Origin: the human T2T-CHM13v2.0 reference genome, Homo sapiens
DNA: 64,000 bases
Direction: 5' to 3' (one strand)
NCBI RefSeq assembly: GCF_009914755.1
Contig: NC_060925.1
Shown one piece after another: positions 1 through 13,818 of the stretch; within the stretch, counting starts at the first letter, position 1; each line of letters opens with the position of its first letter. The translations under genes were made by a program, and so were the position numbers. The notes under the pieces are model-generated. The model had not been told where the DNA came from. It made no database searches and saw only the letters and a program-made list of their open reading frames with translations.

Positions 1-79
1 TTTACAGATTTTTACTTATGTATTTTTACATAGCAGAATTTCTTACTCTGTACAATTTTGCACTCTAATTCTCATTATT

Positions 80-381
80 ATTTTATTTATTTTTTTGAGG
101 CAGGGTCTCACTCTGAAACCCAGGCCGGAGTGCAGTAGTGTGATCATGGCTCACCGCAGCCTTAACCTCCTGGGCTCAAGTGATCCTCCCATCTCAGCCT
201 TCTGAGTAGCTGGGACCATAGGCATGCACCACTACACATGGCTAATTTTTAATTTTTTTGTGGAGACAAGGTCTCCCTATTATGTTGCCTAGGGTGGTCT
301 TAAACTCCTGGATTCAAGTGATCCTCCTACCTCAGCTTCCCAAAGTGCTGGAATTACAGGCATGAGCCACCATGCCTGGCC
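80..381 (-). mobile_element. Alu (AluJ-like)
   Basis: T-rich tail, then gaggcagggtctcactc ... cactgc/gcagccttaacctcctgggctcaag (J-type), ending gagccaccatgcctggcc. Confidence 0.95.
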
Positions 382-382
382 T

Positions 383-657
383 ATTATTATTTCTGAGACA
401 GAATCTTGCTCTGTTGCCAGGCTGGAGTGCAGTGGTGCAATCACAGCTTGCTGCAGTGCTGACTCCTGGGCTCAAGTGATCTTTGTGCCTCAGCCTTCCA
501 AGTAGCTAGGATAACAGGTGCACACCACCATGCCCCACTAATTTTTAAATTGTTTTGTAGAGGCAGAGTCTTGCTATGTTGCCCAGGCCTCTCTTAAACT
601 CCTGGGCTCCAGTGATCCTCCTGCCTCAGCCTCCCAAAGTGCTGGGATTACAGGCAT
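383..657 (-). mobile_element. Alu (AluJ-like), tandem with the previous copy, first ~15 nt missing
   Basis: gagacagaatcttgctctgttgcc ... ctcccaaagtgctgggattacaggcat. Confidence 0.93.
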
Positions 658-1455
658 AATGTATTTTTTTGACATTTAATACATGATGTATTTTTAATTG
701 CATTAGATAATAAATGTTTTTCTATGTTTTTAAAGAAACATTTGGATGGCTGCACAGTGTTAGGAAGCGGGCCTTCTTGACTCTCAGCCTGGTGCTTTTC
801 TCCCTAGAGCACATGCTGCTTCTCCAGCTAGTTACACTGTAAACCCACAGAGCACTCCCTGAGTGTTCTCTGGTAGGTGCGCCGATGGCCAGTGTCTGGG
901 AGATCCCCTAGGAGTCATCCCAGAAGCCTCCTAGAGCAGCAATGGGGAGAACAGTCTTTAGGGCTGGAGATGATGGACAGAGCTCCCAAGCTGTGCCCAG
1001 GAAGTGACATTTCCCTCTCCCATGCTGGCCACAGGCAATTGGGAATCCCATCAACTTGGAAATGAGGGCAGATCCTGGAGAGGCACCTCTCATTGCCTGT
1101 GACATGGAGAGCGGGAGGAGGGGCCAGAGTGGGGGCCTTCAGCAGGCTCCTTATGGGGGTGGGTGGCACAGCCCTTGGAACAAGTGTTTCCTGCCTGAAT
1201 TTCACCCTCGGGAGGCCCTTAGCTACTTCTTAAGTGTCCCAAGTACTTGTCTCATGATCTAGCGCCCTTCCCCAAAGTCACAGGCAGCATGGCCCCGGGT
1301 TCTGGCTCCCTGTCCCCACGCAGTTGGCAGAGCATGGCTTTAGGCTCCTCAGTGCTGCCTAGGACCCCCTCCTGGCTGCCTCCCCCTTCACTCCACAGGG
1401 ATCCTCGCTCAGCCCTCTGTGCGTAGTGGCTCTGGTTGAAGGTGCTGGCCGTAGA

Positions 1456-1474
1456 GGGGTGGGGAGGGGTGGGG
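1456..1474 (+). other. Potential G-quadruplex / GT-box tandem (G4-T-G4-A-G4-T-G4)
   Basis: ggggtggggaggggtgggg: four G4 runs with 1-nt loops. Confidence 0.7.
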
Positions 1475-1959
1475 AGCAGGAGCGATCCTGCCTCAGTGGC
1501 CCAAACTCATAGGGCTTGGTGGGGACCAGGCCAATGCAGGACAATTGGGCCTGGTTTGTGGGCCTCCTTGTCACTCTCCCATGAAGGAGTGAGTAGGGTG
1601 GAGGGAGGATTATTGGGCTAGGAGACTCTGGAGTCCTTTCTGGAGCGGGGAGCCTCTGAGGCTGACCCATGTAAACTTACCTTGATGATTCATCCTCCAA
1701 AACTCTGGGGATTGGGAACAGTCACCAGGACTTACAGAACATTCCAGATTGTGGCTCCTGTGTGCTGTCTTTATCCTGTGTTACTCTCCCCTCAGGCAGA
1801 TTGTCCAAATGTAAATTCCAGAAAGAATCTAAGAGTATGTGCGGGGAACCTTACATTCCTGGAAACTCATTCTATCTTGGTGCCATGGTCTTAGAAAATA
1901 TATTCATTTTCAGAAAGAGCTAGTGTCTATGTCCTGTGGAGCCCCCTCTACTTCTACCT

Positions 1960-2320
1960 GCCTTCCCTCCACTACGTTCCAGCTATACTGGCTGCCTTTC
2001 AGCTCCAGACGCTCCAACAGTCAGGGCTGTGGCACCTACTCTCCCTCTTCTTCCCCTTCCTCATCACTCTTACTAAGTCTCAGTTTAAATCTCAACCCCC
2101 TAAACCTACAGGCACCCCTGTCATAATCTGTTGTCATACTATATGCTTTTCCTTTGTAATACTTATCACAATTTGTCTTTATATATTCATGTTAATTTCT
2201 TTTGTATTATTTCATATTTATCTTCTTCACAAAGCTTCATGGAGGCAAGTTCTATAACTAATTTGTTTACTTCAGTAGCCCAGTAGCTGGTACAGAGCAG
2301 GCACTCAATAATTGGATCTA
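1960..2320 (+). mobile_element. L2 3' end fragment
   Basis: aagcttcatggaggcaag ... cccagtagctggtacagagcaggcactcaataa resembles the L2 3' terminus. Confidence 0.65.
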
Positions 2321-2325
2321 TTATT

Positions 2326-3090
2326 TGATGGAAGGATGGATGAATGGGTGAGTGGATGGTTGAATGTATGGGTAGGGGGATGGGTGGGTGGATAGAGGGT
2401 TGGGTGGGTAGATGGATGGTTGGATGGATAGGTGGATAGATGGTTGATGGATGGATGGATAGATTAATGCATACATAGGTGGATGAATGGGTGGGTGATA
2501 GATGAATGGGTGGGTGGATAGAGGCTTGGATAGATGAATGGGTGGATTGATGATTGGGTGGGTGGGTAAATGGGTGGATGGGTGGGTGGATCGAGGGTTG
2601 GGGGTGGATAAATGGTTGGGTGGATGAGTGGATAGATGGATGGATGGATGGAGGGATGGGTGGTTGGGCAGATGGATGGATTAATGAATGGATAGATGGA
2701 TAAATGGGTGGGTGGATGGGTGGATAGATGGATGGGTGAGTGGATAGGTGGATAGAGGGTTGGGTGGGTGGATGGATGAGTAGGTGGATGGGTGGATAGG
2801 TGGATGGATGAATGGATGATGGGTGGATGGATGGGTGGATAGATGGATGGGTGGGTAGATGGATGGGTAGGTGGATGTGTGGATAGATGGATGGATGAAT
2901 GGATGGTTGGGTGGATGGATGGGTTGGATGAGTGAACCGATGGGTGGGTGAATAGATGGGTTGGTAGATGAGTGGATAGAAGGTAGATGGGTTGGTAGAT
3001 GAGTGGATAGAAGGTAGATGGGTTGGTAGGTGAGTGGATAGAGGGATGGGTGGGTTGATGGGTGGGTGGAAGGCTGGGTGGGCGGATGGC
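2326..3090. repeat. (GGAT/GGGT/AGAT)n degenerate tetranucleotide tract, ~760 bp
   Basis: Continuous ggat/gggt/agat/gaat units; source of the 317-aa and 232-aa P/H/S/I-rich ORFs. Confidence 0.97.
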
Positions 3091-3119
3091 AACATCAAGT
3101 ACTTTGGGAGGCCGGGGAC

Positions 3120-3213
3120 TTCTGCATTGTAAAAGTGCATAAAGGGGTTTCTTTCTTTTCATGGAGAAAATTTCTATTCTGAAAATGGCAGCACATTGCC
3201 TGTTGCAAAGCCA
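3120..3213. repeat. Left arm of a unique-sequence inverted repeat (partner 4209-4301)
   Basis: Reverse complement of 4209-4301 with 2 substitutions and a 1-nt indel. Confidence 0.97.
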
Positions 3214-3630
<417 letters not shown>

Positions 3631-4208
3631 TCAGTCCATCTGCCAGACACCGAGTTCAGACGCGTCAGGTCAGCTACCTGAAGAGGCGACTTTCAGGGCC
3701 TCAAATCCAATGCCAAATTCCTGGGGACGACAGTCTGGAGTAATCTATTACCAGGGCGCTGGGGTCACACATTCGGACTGTGGGAGGACCCTGCTTCCCA
3801 GAGAAAGGGGTCGTTGTATCTGCCACACCAGTTTTACGTAGACTGCCTATGGGTCTGACTTCCAGTTTTGGCTGAAGTTCTCACATCCCGTTTGATGACT
3901 GCCTGGCCAGATGCCTGTTAGGTCCCAGGCCTGGAAGCCCACACCGATTACAAGGCTGTCCCCTAAGCTACAAGCCCGGGAAACCTGCCCATTTGGAGCT
4001 GTGAGTGTAGGGGGCGTGGGGCTGACTTGCAGAGCCAGGCCAGGCTGGCTGTAGGAAGAGAACTGCAGCTGTAGCTACGGGGGCCCCTCAGTAAAGGCGT
4101 CCTGGGTTTGCCCAAGAGAGCTGCTCCCTGGGCCTGTCAGATGCCCACTGTGAATGGGAGGAGCTGGCATCTGAGTCTGACAGATGATCTCTGCTCCTCT
4201 CCACAGCC

Positions 4209-4301
4209 TGGCTTTGCAAGAGGCAATGTGCTGCCATTTTCAGAATAGAAATTTTCTCCACGAAAAGAAGAAACCCCTTTATGCACTTTTACAATGCAGA
4301 A
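4209..4301. repeat. Right arm (probable donor) of the inverted repeat
   Basis: tggctttgcaagaggcaatgtgctgcc ... tttacaatgcagaa. Confidence 0.97.
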
Positions 4302-4760
4302 TCTAATTTAGGTTTCAATAAGGGAAGGAACCATTATATCACCCTACTTCAGTGCTTTTTGTCATTACGTTATATTTTTTAAAATACTTTCATCGGGGAC
4401 CCGATATACACTTACAATCTCTCTGCATTTATTTTCTTTTAAGAACACATATAATAAAACTCAAAGTTAATAGCACGAAAATAATTTCTACAATAACAGT
4501 TGTAGCAAATCTTCGAATTGCCAGGGTGAAGGTGGCTAGACAGAGTGAGGCAATTACGTCTATTATTAGCAGTGCACGGGGAGGATTGATGTACAGTGGG
4601 CTGTGTGTGAGCAGAAGCCTTCAGACGTGAACTACATTTTAATAGTGAAATTCTCATAGATTATAACTTCCTTCATTAACATTTTCACACATCGCTGACT
4701 AACAAATGAGGAGAGAGGCCTTCTGCACTCATAGATTTATTATGCTTGGGATGCTCTCTG
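4300..4760. promoter_or_regulatory. Candidate conserved non-coding element / enhancer
   Basis: Repeat-free AT-rich block with ~9 retained CpGs and several TAAT/ATTA cores; conservation not tested. Confidence 0.4.
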
Positions 4761-5930
4761 CACCTCTGTGTATGGGCAGGAGCTTCGTCTTCTAACCTCT
4801 GACTACCGGCGATTAACTCTTTCCGGCCCTACCTGTTTCCTTCAGGCACGGAAGAACATTCTGGAAATACTGGCTTTGCACTTTAAGACTTTTACAAGGT
4901 GGTTCCTCGGGACAGCCCCCACTGGCTGCTCCCTGCCGTCTTTCTGTGCCTTTCCCCTGTTGCCCTGCAGGTGGGTATCAGAGGACGGAGGGTCTGGGGG
5001 AATGAGTCAGGCCAGATTTGGGCTCCATCCGTCTGCTGCCATGTCTCTCACCAGGAGAAGCAGAATCTGATCCCTGCTCAGGTACTTGAGTTGCTAAGTG
5101 GGGCGAGGCAGCTCTGAGCATCAAAGGATGGTTGTTTGACACAATTATTAGATCTCCTATTAGCAAGAGGAGTGAAGTGGTCTTCTGTCCCCTGCGAGGC
5201 AGGGGATACCACCCAAGATGTGACAGAGGGAGTTTTGGGGAGGGCTCACTGGGCAGAGAAGGGGAAGTGGGCTTTGCCGTCAGGATCCAGGTGAACTGAC
5301 TTTCCAGGTGCAGAGCCTTGTCCTAGGAGAGGATGAACGATTTACAAAGGAGTCGGATGCCAGTGCCCGCCCTGGAGGGATTTGAGGTTAAGGTGGGAAA
5401 ATCTTGAGGAAGGGACAGTGTTTTTAGGTGATTTGTCAACCATCGTCCATGGTTGTACCTGCACTGTGAGGCGAGTGCTGGGGCTTGCAGAGAAATGCCA
5501 TCTTCTGGTCACCCCATTAACCCGGGGAGGCTTCCTGGAAAATTCTGTGAGTACTGGGGCTCCAAGATGGTGGTTCCTGGTGGTTGTCTGTACCTGGTAC
5601 CAAGTGGGTTAGAAGGGTGCTGTGGACGTGAGTTAATGCAGGGAGCAAACCTCCCAGGTTTGGAGCTGGGCGTTGAGTTTCCAGCCCATCCTTCCTGATG
5701 ACGCACTCCTGCTGCTTTCTTTTGGGGACACAAAGCCTTGGTGACTTAGGACCCAATATTCTACAAGTTTGCTCTTGGGCATATCTTGTGGTGTTTATTG
5801 GGCCCCCAATGGCATATGAGACCCCCTAGGGCCAGGTTCCCCAGCCCCTCCGCCCCCACTTCCCATGCTCATTTGTGTGTCTCTGAGTTAGGGTATTTTG
5901 GTAAACTCTTCAACAAGATTGAAATTGAAC

Positions 5931-6410
<480 letters not shown>

Positions 6411-8859
6411 CAAAACCATTTGGCAGGTGATCTGGCCTTTAGGTGAATTAGCTGGAAGGAAGAAGTTCTGACCGGAACAAACAGTGAGGCTGTGGGCAGA
6501 TGGGGATGCATTTATAAAACCCCTTACTTTTTCTTTCTGTCTTTTGCAACCTGTAGATACTCGTTGCTATTGGATGCAATGTGGGAGGCACAGGACTAAA
6601 TCCTGTAGGTCGTTGAGGAAAGGGCCGCTTTGCTTTTGGTCCCGGGAATCCAGGTTCCCCTTCTTCCCCATCACTCCTTCCTTCCCCCTCCATCCCCAGC
6701 CTGTGCTGTGTGGTGCCCACCCCAGCCTCATGGTCCCCAGGTGGGCATCATCCGCAGCAAGAGCCGGCGTCTGTCATCTTTGATCTCCTCCTGTAACTCT
6801 GTAGGGCTTAGCCAGCTCTGCTTGACTCCAGCAGCAGACCAGCAGCAGGAGCTGCTCTGCTTCCCATCCCTCTTCCCTGGGAACATTATCCCTTAAATAA
6901 AATCAATAGACCTGGGACATGCTTGGAATCTAGAAGCTAATCTTTCCTAAGTTCCGTTTTCGTGTCAGAGTTCTCCTAGTGGCCACCATTGGCTGTGCAG
7001 TGATGGGATGTGGGAATGAATCCATGGGGACCCCCAGTGCAGTCTGGGGAGGTGGTGCGGGTGCGCTGGGTGATTCTGCTGGGAGAAGGGCCGTGACGCT
7101 CCGAAAGCTGGTGCTGGGCTTCCTTCCACTGCACAGGGCTCCATCCTGCATCCCGGCACCCCACCAAGTGTTAGGGAGTGCGGGAGGCAGACCTAATGAA
7201 AACCCGGTTTCATTTTGCATAATCAGGCACTATTGAAACGAGCCTTTCAGTGCTGCTTGCTGCAAATTAACAATCTGACTTATATACAATAAAAACCCGA
7301 GTATTGTACAAAGTGATACTTCTTAGGTAGTGGATACACAGATGGAAATTCATTTAATGAACTACAAGTCCCTGAATGGATTCTAAACTTCTTGTAATTA
7401 CCCTGGAAAGAACCCTAGTAGAAGCAGAAAAAAGCCTTTTGGATTCCCCCCCACCCCCTACCCCTGCGCCACGGCAGTTGGCTTTCTCCATCCTTCAGGT
7501 TGCTTTGTCGGAAATGAGCATCATTCTGTGAAGAGTACTTGGAGTCCCGTCCAACGGGTTGGGCCGCATATGGATGAGCAAACCTCATTCCCCCTCTCCA
7601 GGTTCTGAAAACAGTGTGATTTGTAAAGGCTTTGGTGCTGAACCAAATGCATCTTAAATGGTATCGTAAAGAGTTTAACCCATCACCCCAGCATCAGCCA
7701 GTGAACAGTCTGGCTGGCTGCCCGAGGGACTGGGGAGACCTGCTCTTTGTAGCACTGGACTGACTGAGTCTAGACTGAGCCAATCCGAGGCAGAGACTCA
7801 ACCCTGCTCCTGGTAGTTTTCTTTGAAAGATGGTGTCCCAATGGGGAGGCCTTCAGAAGAGTTCCACTAGGCCAGGAGTCACTTTCCCCTTTGATAAGGC
7901 AGGAGGGGCAGGGGACATGACAGGGCAGAAGTTCCTTGGGAAAACCAGAGCAGAGCCAGGTTCCAGCCCTCAGGTGAGCCATCTCCCACCTCCACCACCA
8001 CAGCCTGATGCAGGAGCCATCTGGGACCTGCCTCTTCCAAGGAGACAGTTCCATGGAAGGGGGTTAGGGACGGATGTGGCATCCACAAGGAGTGCCACAC
8101 TCGATAAGTATCCCAACCTGTTCCATATTTATTATGGGCAACAATTTGACTAACGGAGAATTTAGATTAATAACATTCAGGCCAGAGAAGTAATTTCCTT
8201 TGAGAAAGCGATTTACATGCGCTCTGCCAGAGAGAGCCGTGGCCGCTCTCTTGTCATGTCAGCTCAAATAATGAAGTTGAAAATAACATGGAAGGTTAAT
8301 AGGTCCAACTTATCTCTTTAGAACTGAAAAGGAAGATTTACAGTGTGGAGGCTGTTTTGCATATTTCCAGTGGGAATTGAAAGTTTTTTTTCCCCAAACA
8401 AGATTTATGAGAACTCACCGTTCAAGGTATCTGCTCTGTTATTGCTCCTAAGTGAGGCAGTAAACCTCTTCATTTGGGTGGATGCCCCGGGCTTTAAAGA
8501 TAGCTGTCTTCCCCCACGTCACTGGCAGGGGTGTACTGGAATGCTGGCATGGGGGTGCTACCTCGGGAAGAGTTTAACTTTGAAAGGAGAGTCAACTGCT
8601 TCTGACTCTAGGAGGTCACATCCTTTGTTTGCTAATGACTAGAGAGAGGATTAAACATTTCCATTACCTAGACCTTTCAAAACATTTCTTGGATTTATTT
8701 TGCCATTATTTACTGACCTTGGGGGGTGAGTCCTGGGCTGGAGGAATAGAGGGAAAGGGAGCTGGGTCAGAGCAAGGAGAATGGGGGAGTGGGGCAGCAA
8801 CATGACCTCTGCATTCCAGGCAACAAGTGGGTCTTTCAGGCTCTCACTTGCTTCTTAAC

Positions 8860-9035
8860 TGGCTTCCCTGGAAAGCTCACCCAAGCCCTTCTGCTAACAT
8901 CTCACTGGCCAACTTCATCTGCAGACGGGCTGGGAGGGGCAATCTTTTGCTCAGCACTTTCCTGCCCGTAATGAAATTGGAGTGTGTTATTTAGGAAGAA
9001 TGGGAGAGTGGATATTGGTAGGTCACCAGCAGTCT
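8860..9035 (-). mobile_element. MLT1 (old ERVL-MaLR LTR) fragment
   Basis: acatctcactggcc ... ggaagaatgggagagtggatattggtaggtcaccagcagtct resembles the MLT1J/K terminus. Confidence 0.6.
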
Positions 9036-9623
9036 TTAGCTCAAGTGTTTAGTTCATTTATTTTCAATCTTTCTTGTTTTCTGTTAAATGCAAACTATAA
9101 ATTGTCCTTTAAATACTGCTTTAGCTGTGTCTCACAATTTTTTTTCTTTCTCCCAAACATTATACTGAAAAATTTCAAACGTAAAGAAGAGTTGAATTAG
9201 ATATGATATATCCATCACTTTAACAATTTGCTATATTTGCTTTATCCCATATTCATCCATGTATCAATTCATCAATCCATCTTGGTTTGATATATTTCAC
9301 AGTAAATCACAGCTAACAGTACATGTCGCCTCTAAATATTTCAGCATGCATATTATGAACTGTTTATTTACTTTTTAAGGTAAAATTCCTACAGTGAAAC
9401 ACACAATCTTAAGTGTGCCGTGCGATGAGTTTTGACAGATGTGTCTACCCATGTAACCCAAACTTCTATAAAGACACAGAACATTTCTATCATCCCAAAA
9501 GGGTTCCTCTGGTCTCTTCTTAGTCAATGCTCTCCTACCCCCAGGCAACCAATGTTTTGATTATTTTCACCATTAGTTATTTTTGCCTATTCTAGAACTT
9601 TATGAATTCATATAACATGTACT

Positions 9624-9636
9624 TTCTCTCTCTCTG

Positions 9637-9669
<33 letters not shown>

Positions 9670-9692
9670 TTATATATATATGTGTGTGTGTG
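9624..9692. repeat. Compound microsatellite (CT)n(AT)n(GT)n
   Basis: Seen directly. Confidence 0.95.
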
Positions 9693-9694
9693 TT

Positions 9695-9825
9695 TTAATC
9701 TCAATAGCTTTTTGGGGGTACAAGTGGTTTCAAGTGGTTTTGGTTACATGGATTAATTTGGTGAAGGCTGAGATTTCAGTGCACTGGTGACCGGAGGAGT
9801 GTATATTGTACCTAATACGTAGCTT
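9695..9825 (-). mobile_element. L1PB-type 3' end fragment
   Basis: tttttgggggtacaagtggttt ... ggttacatgga ... gtgtatattgtaccta. Confidence 0.7.
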
Positions 9826-10521
9826 TAAACATGTCCTCTTTTAGGCAAGGCTTCCTTCATTCAGCATGTTTTTTGAGATTCATCTGTGTTGTTGCAAGTA
9901 TCAGTAGTTTGTATCAGTAGTTTTTTTTTCCTTTTTATTGAGAGTAGTATTCCATTGTATGAATGTACCATAGTTTGTTTATCCATTCATTCATGGACAT
10001 CTGGTAGGTTTCCAGTTTTTGGCTATTATGAATAAAACTGCTGTGAATATTTTGTACAAGTCTTTTTTGGGGATGTGTGTTTTTATTTCTTTTGGGTAAA
10101 TGCCTAGGAAAGAATTGTTGGGTGCTGTGTTTTCTTTTTTTTAAAAGAAACTGCTGGATGTTTTTTTCCCCTAAAGTGGTTGTACCATTTCCACCAGCAA
10201 TGTATGAGGATTCCAGTTGCTCTCCATACTCACCAACATTTAGTGCTGTGACTCTTAATTTCAGCCATTCTGATGGGTGAACAGTGGGATCTCATTGTGG
10301 TTTCCACTTGCATTCCCTGATGACTAATGGTATTTTCCATGTGTTTATTAGTCATCCATATATCTCCCTTTGTGACATATCTGCTCCAATCTTTTGTCCA
10401 TTAAACATCGTGGATTTCCCTTTTGTTAGTGGGGGCTTGTAGTTTATATATTCTGGATACAGTTCTTTGTTAGCTATATGTTTCACAAATATTTTCTCTT
10501 AGAATGTGGCCTGCTTATTCA

Positions 10522-10902
<381 letters not shown>

Positions 10903-10920
10903 TGAAATATATTTTTTATG

Positions 10921-11220
10921 ATTTATTTATTTATTTTTGAGCTAGTCTTACTCTGTCACCCAGGCTGGAGTGCAGTGATGCAGTTATGCCTCACTGCAGC
11001 CCTGACACCTGGGGCTCAAGCAATCCTCTCACCTCAGCCTCCCGAATAGCTGGAACTACAGGTGCACACCACCAGGCCGGCTAATTTTTGTATTTATTTT
11101 TGTAGCAACGTGGTCTTGCCATGTTGCCTAGGCTCGACTTGAACTCCTGGGCTCAAGTGATCTACCTGCCTCAGCCTCCCAAAGTGCTGGGATTACAGGC
11201 ATAAGCCACTGTGCCCAGCC
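10921..11220 (-). mobile_element. Alu (AluJ-like)
   Basis: cactgcagccctgacacctggggctcaagcaatcctc (J-type). Confidence 0.94.
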
Positions 11221-11352
11221 TGAAGTTTATCACTTTTTTCCCTTTCTGATTATTTCTTTCCATGCCTTCTCTAAGAAATCTTTGCTTATTGTGAAGATAT
11301 TCTCCTATGTTTTCTTCTAGAAGCCTTATAATGCTAGCTTTTACATGCAGGT

Positions 11353-11732
11353 CTATTGCTCATCCATTTTCACACTGCTAGAAAGAAATACCTGAGACTG
11401 GGTAATTTATCAAGAAAAGAGGTTTAATTGGTTCATGGTTCTGCAGGCTGTACAGGAATTGTGGCTGGGGATGCCTCAGGAAACTTTCAATTATGGCAGG
11501 AGGGGAAGCAGGCACGTCTTACATGGCCAGAGCAGGAGGAAGAAAGTGAAGTGGGAAGTGCCACATACTTTTAAACAATCAGATCTTGTGAGAACTCACC
11601 TGCTATCATGAGAGCAGCAAGGGGGAAATGCGTTGCCATGATCCAATCACCTCCCACCAGGCCCCTCCTGCAACACTGGGGATTACAATTTGACATGATA
11701 TTTGGGTGGAGACACAAATCCCAACCATGTCA
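11353..11732. mobile_element. MST (ERVL-MaLR) solo LTR
   Basis: aaatacctgagactgggtaatttat ... ggggattacaatttgacatgatatttgggtggagacacaaatcccaaccatgtca. Confidence 0.9.
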
Positions 11733-13524
11733 CCATCTCAGATTAACTTTTATGTATGGTGTAAGGTAGGAGACAACATTGTTATTTTCCATAGTGATGT
11801 CTAGTTGTTCAGCACCATTTGTTAAAAAAAGACTTTCTTTTCCCCATTGGATTGCTTTGGCACCTTTGTCTAAACATTAATTAACCACATAAGGGTGGAT
11901 CTATTTTGGTTTCTATTCTTTTCCACTAATCTATTTGTCTGTCCTTATACCAGTACCTCACTGTCTTGATTATTGGAGCTTTATAATAAATCTTGATGTC
12001 AGTTCTCCAACTTTACTTTTTCAAAATGATTTGACTATCTTACCTCTTTGACATTTTCATATAAATTTAGAATCAGCTTGTCAATTTCTATTAAAAAAAC
12101 CTGCAGGTATTTTCATTAGGATAGTGTTATAGATTATTTGGAGAGAACTGTCATCTTTAAAATACTGAGTCTTCCAGTCCATAAAGGTGGTATATCTCTT
12201 ATTTAGGTCTTCTTTAATTTCCTTCAGCAATGTTTTTAGTTTTCAGTGTGGAGATTTTGCACATCTTTTCCTGAACTTATTCCTAGGCATTTTATGATTT
12301 TTTTTTTAGACACCATTACTAAAATCCCCAATTGAGATAATAGGTCTATTTCTCTCTTTATTTCTGTCAATTTTTGCTTCTTGTCTTTTGAGGCTCTGTT
12401 ATTAGGCACATGCACAATTATGATTGTAATGCCTCCCTGATTAATTGCCTCATTTTTCACTATGAAATGTCTCTACTTCTGGTAAACTGTTTGTCTTGAA
12501 GTCTACGCTACATAGCCATTTCCAGCCTTCTGATGTTTGTGGTTTACATGGTGTATGTTTTTTTATCTATTGCTTTCTTTGTCTTTCTATTTAAAATGTG
12601 TTTCTTGTAGACAGCCTATAGTTTGGTCTTGCTTTTTCCTACATTCTGACAATCTCTGTTTTTAAACTGGAGTGTTTAGTCTATTTATATTTAATATAAT
12701 TATTGATATGTTTGGATTTAGGCCTACCATGTCGACATATATTTTCTGTTTATCTCACTTGTTTTTAATTGCTCTTTGGGTTAATTGAATGTATTAAAAA
12801 TAATTTTAATTTGTTCATGCCTCTTTGCATGTTTTGAATTTTTTGGTGGTTGCACTAGGGAATGTAATGTATATTCTTAACTTTTCACAATCTACATGTA
12901 GTTAATATTTGTATCACTTTATGTAAATTATAAGAATCTTGCAACTATATTGTTTATATCTTAATTTCTTCATGCTATACTTGTTATATGTATTATATCT
13001 ATATATGCTATAAGCCCCATAGTGTATTTTTTCTTTTTTTGCTTTAAACAGCCACATGTGTTTTATGACAGTAGGAGAAGAAAATGGTATCTTTTATAAT
13101 CATACTTTGGAAGATCTTTGTTTCTTCCTGAAATCAGAGTTCCCATTTGTATCATTTTCCTTTGGTGTGAAGAATTTCATTTAACTTTATTTCATAGGGA
13201 AGATTTGCTGGTGGTGAATTTTCTTATATTTTATTTTTCTTAACATGTCTTCATTTTGCCTTACTTAATGGTGGATTTTTCACTGGGTGTAGAATTCTGA
13301 GTGGACAGTGTGTTTTTCTCTCAGCACATTAAAGGTGCTGTTCTCTTCCTTCTGGCCTCTTGTTTTTGATAAGGTGTTCTTTAGCATTTGTGTTACTCCC
13401 TGCGGAACGTGTCCTTTATTTCTGGCTCCCTTCAGAATTCTCCCTTTATCTTTGGGGTTATTCACTTTGACCATGATGTGCCTAGGTATTATTTGTTTTG
13501 TTTTGTTCATTTTGTTTGAACTTC

Positions 13525-13818
13525 TTTTTTTTTTTGAGACAAGGTCTGGCTCTATCACCCAGACTAGAGTTCAGTGGCACAATCTCGGCTCACAGCAACC
13601 TCCACCTCCCAGGCTCAAACGATCCTCTCCCCTCAGCCTCCTGAATAGCTGGGACTACAGGCGTGCACCACCATGCCTAACTAAATTTTGTATTTTCTGT
13701 AGAGACAGAGTTTCGCCATGTTGGTCAGGCTGGTCTAAAACTCCTGGGCACAAGTGATCCTCCCGCCTCGGCCTCTCAAAGTGCTGGGGATTATAGACAT
13801 GAGCCATTGCACCCGGCC
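13525..13818 (-). mobile_element. Alu (AluJb/S-like)
   Basis: Full-length antisense Alu. Confidence 0.94.

Noticed and set aside
2187-3162. 317-aa and 232-aa P/H/S/I/T-rich ORFs
   Set aside because: Translations of the (ATCC/ACCC)n strand of the tetranucleotide tract, which rarely contains stops; no coding hallmarks.
9721-9923. Short tandem duplications (caagtggttt x2; gtatcagtagttt x2), also 50332-50361
   Set aside because: Ordinary slippage duplications inside decayed L1 sequence.
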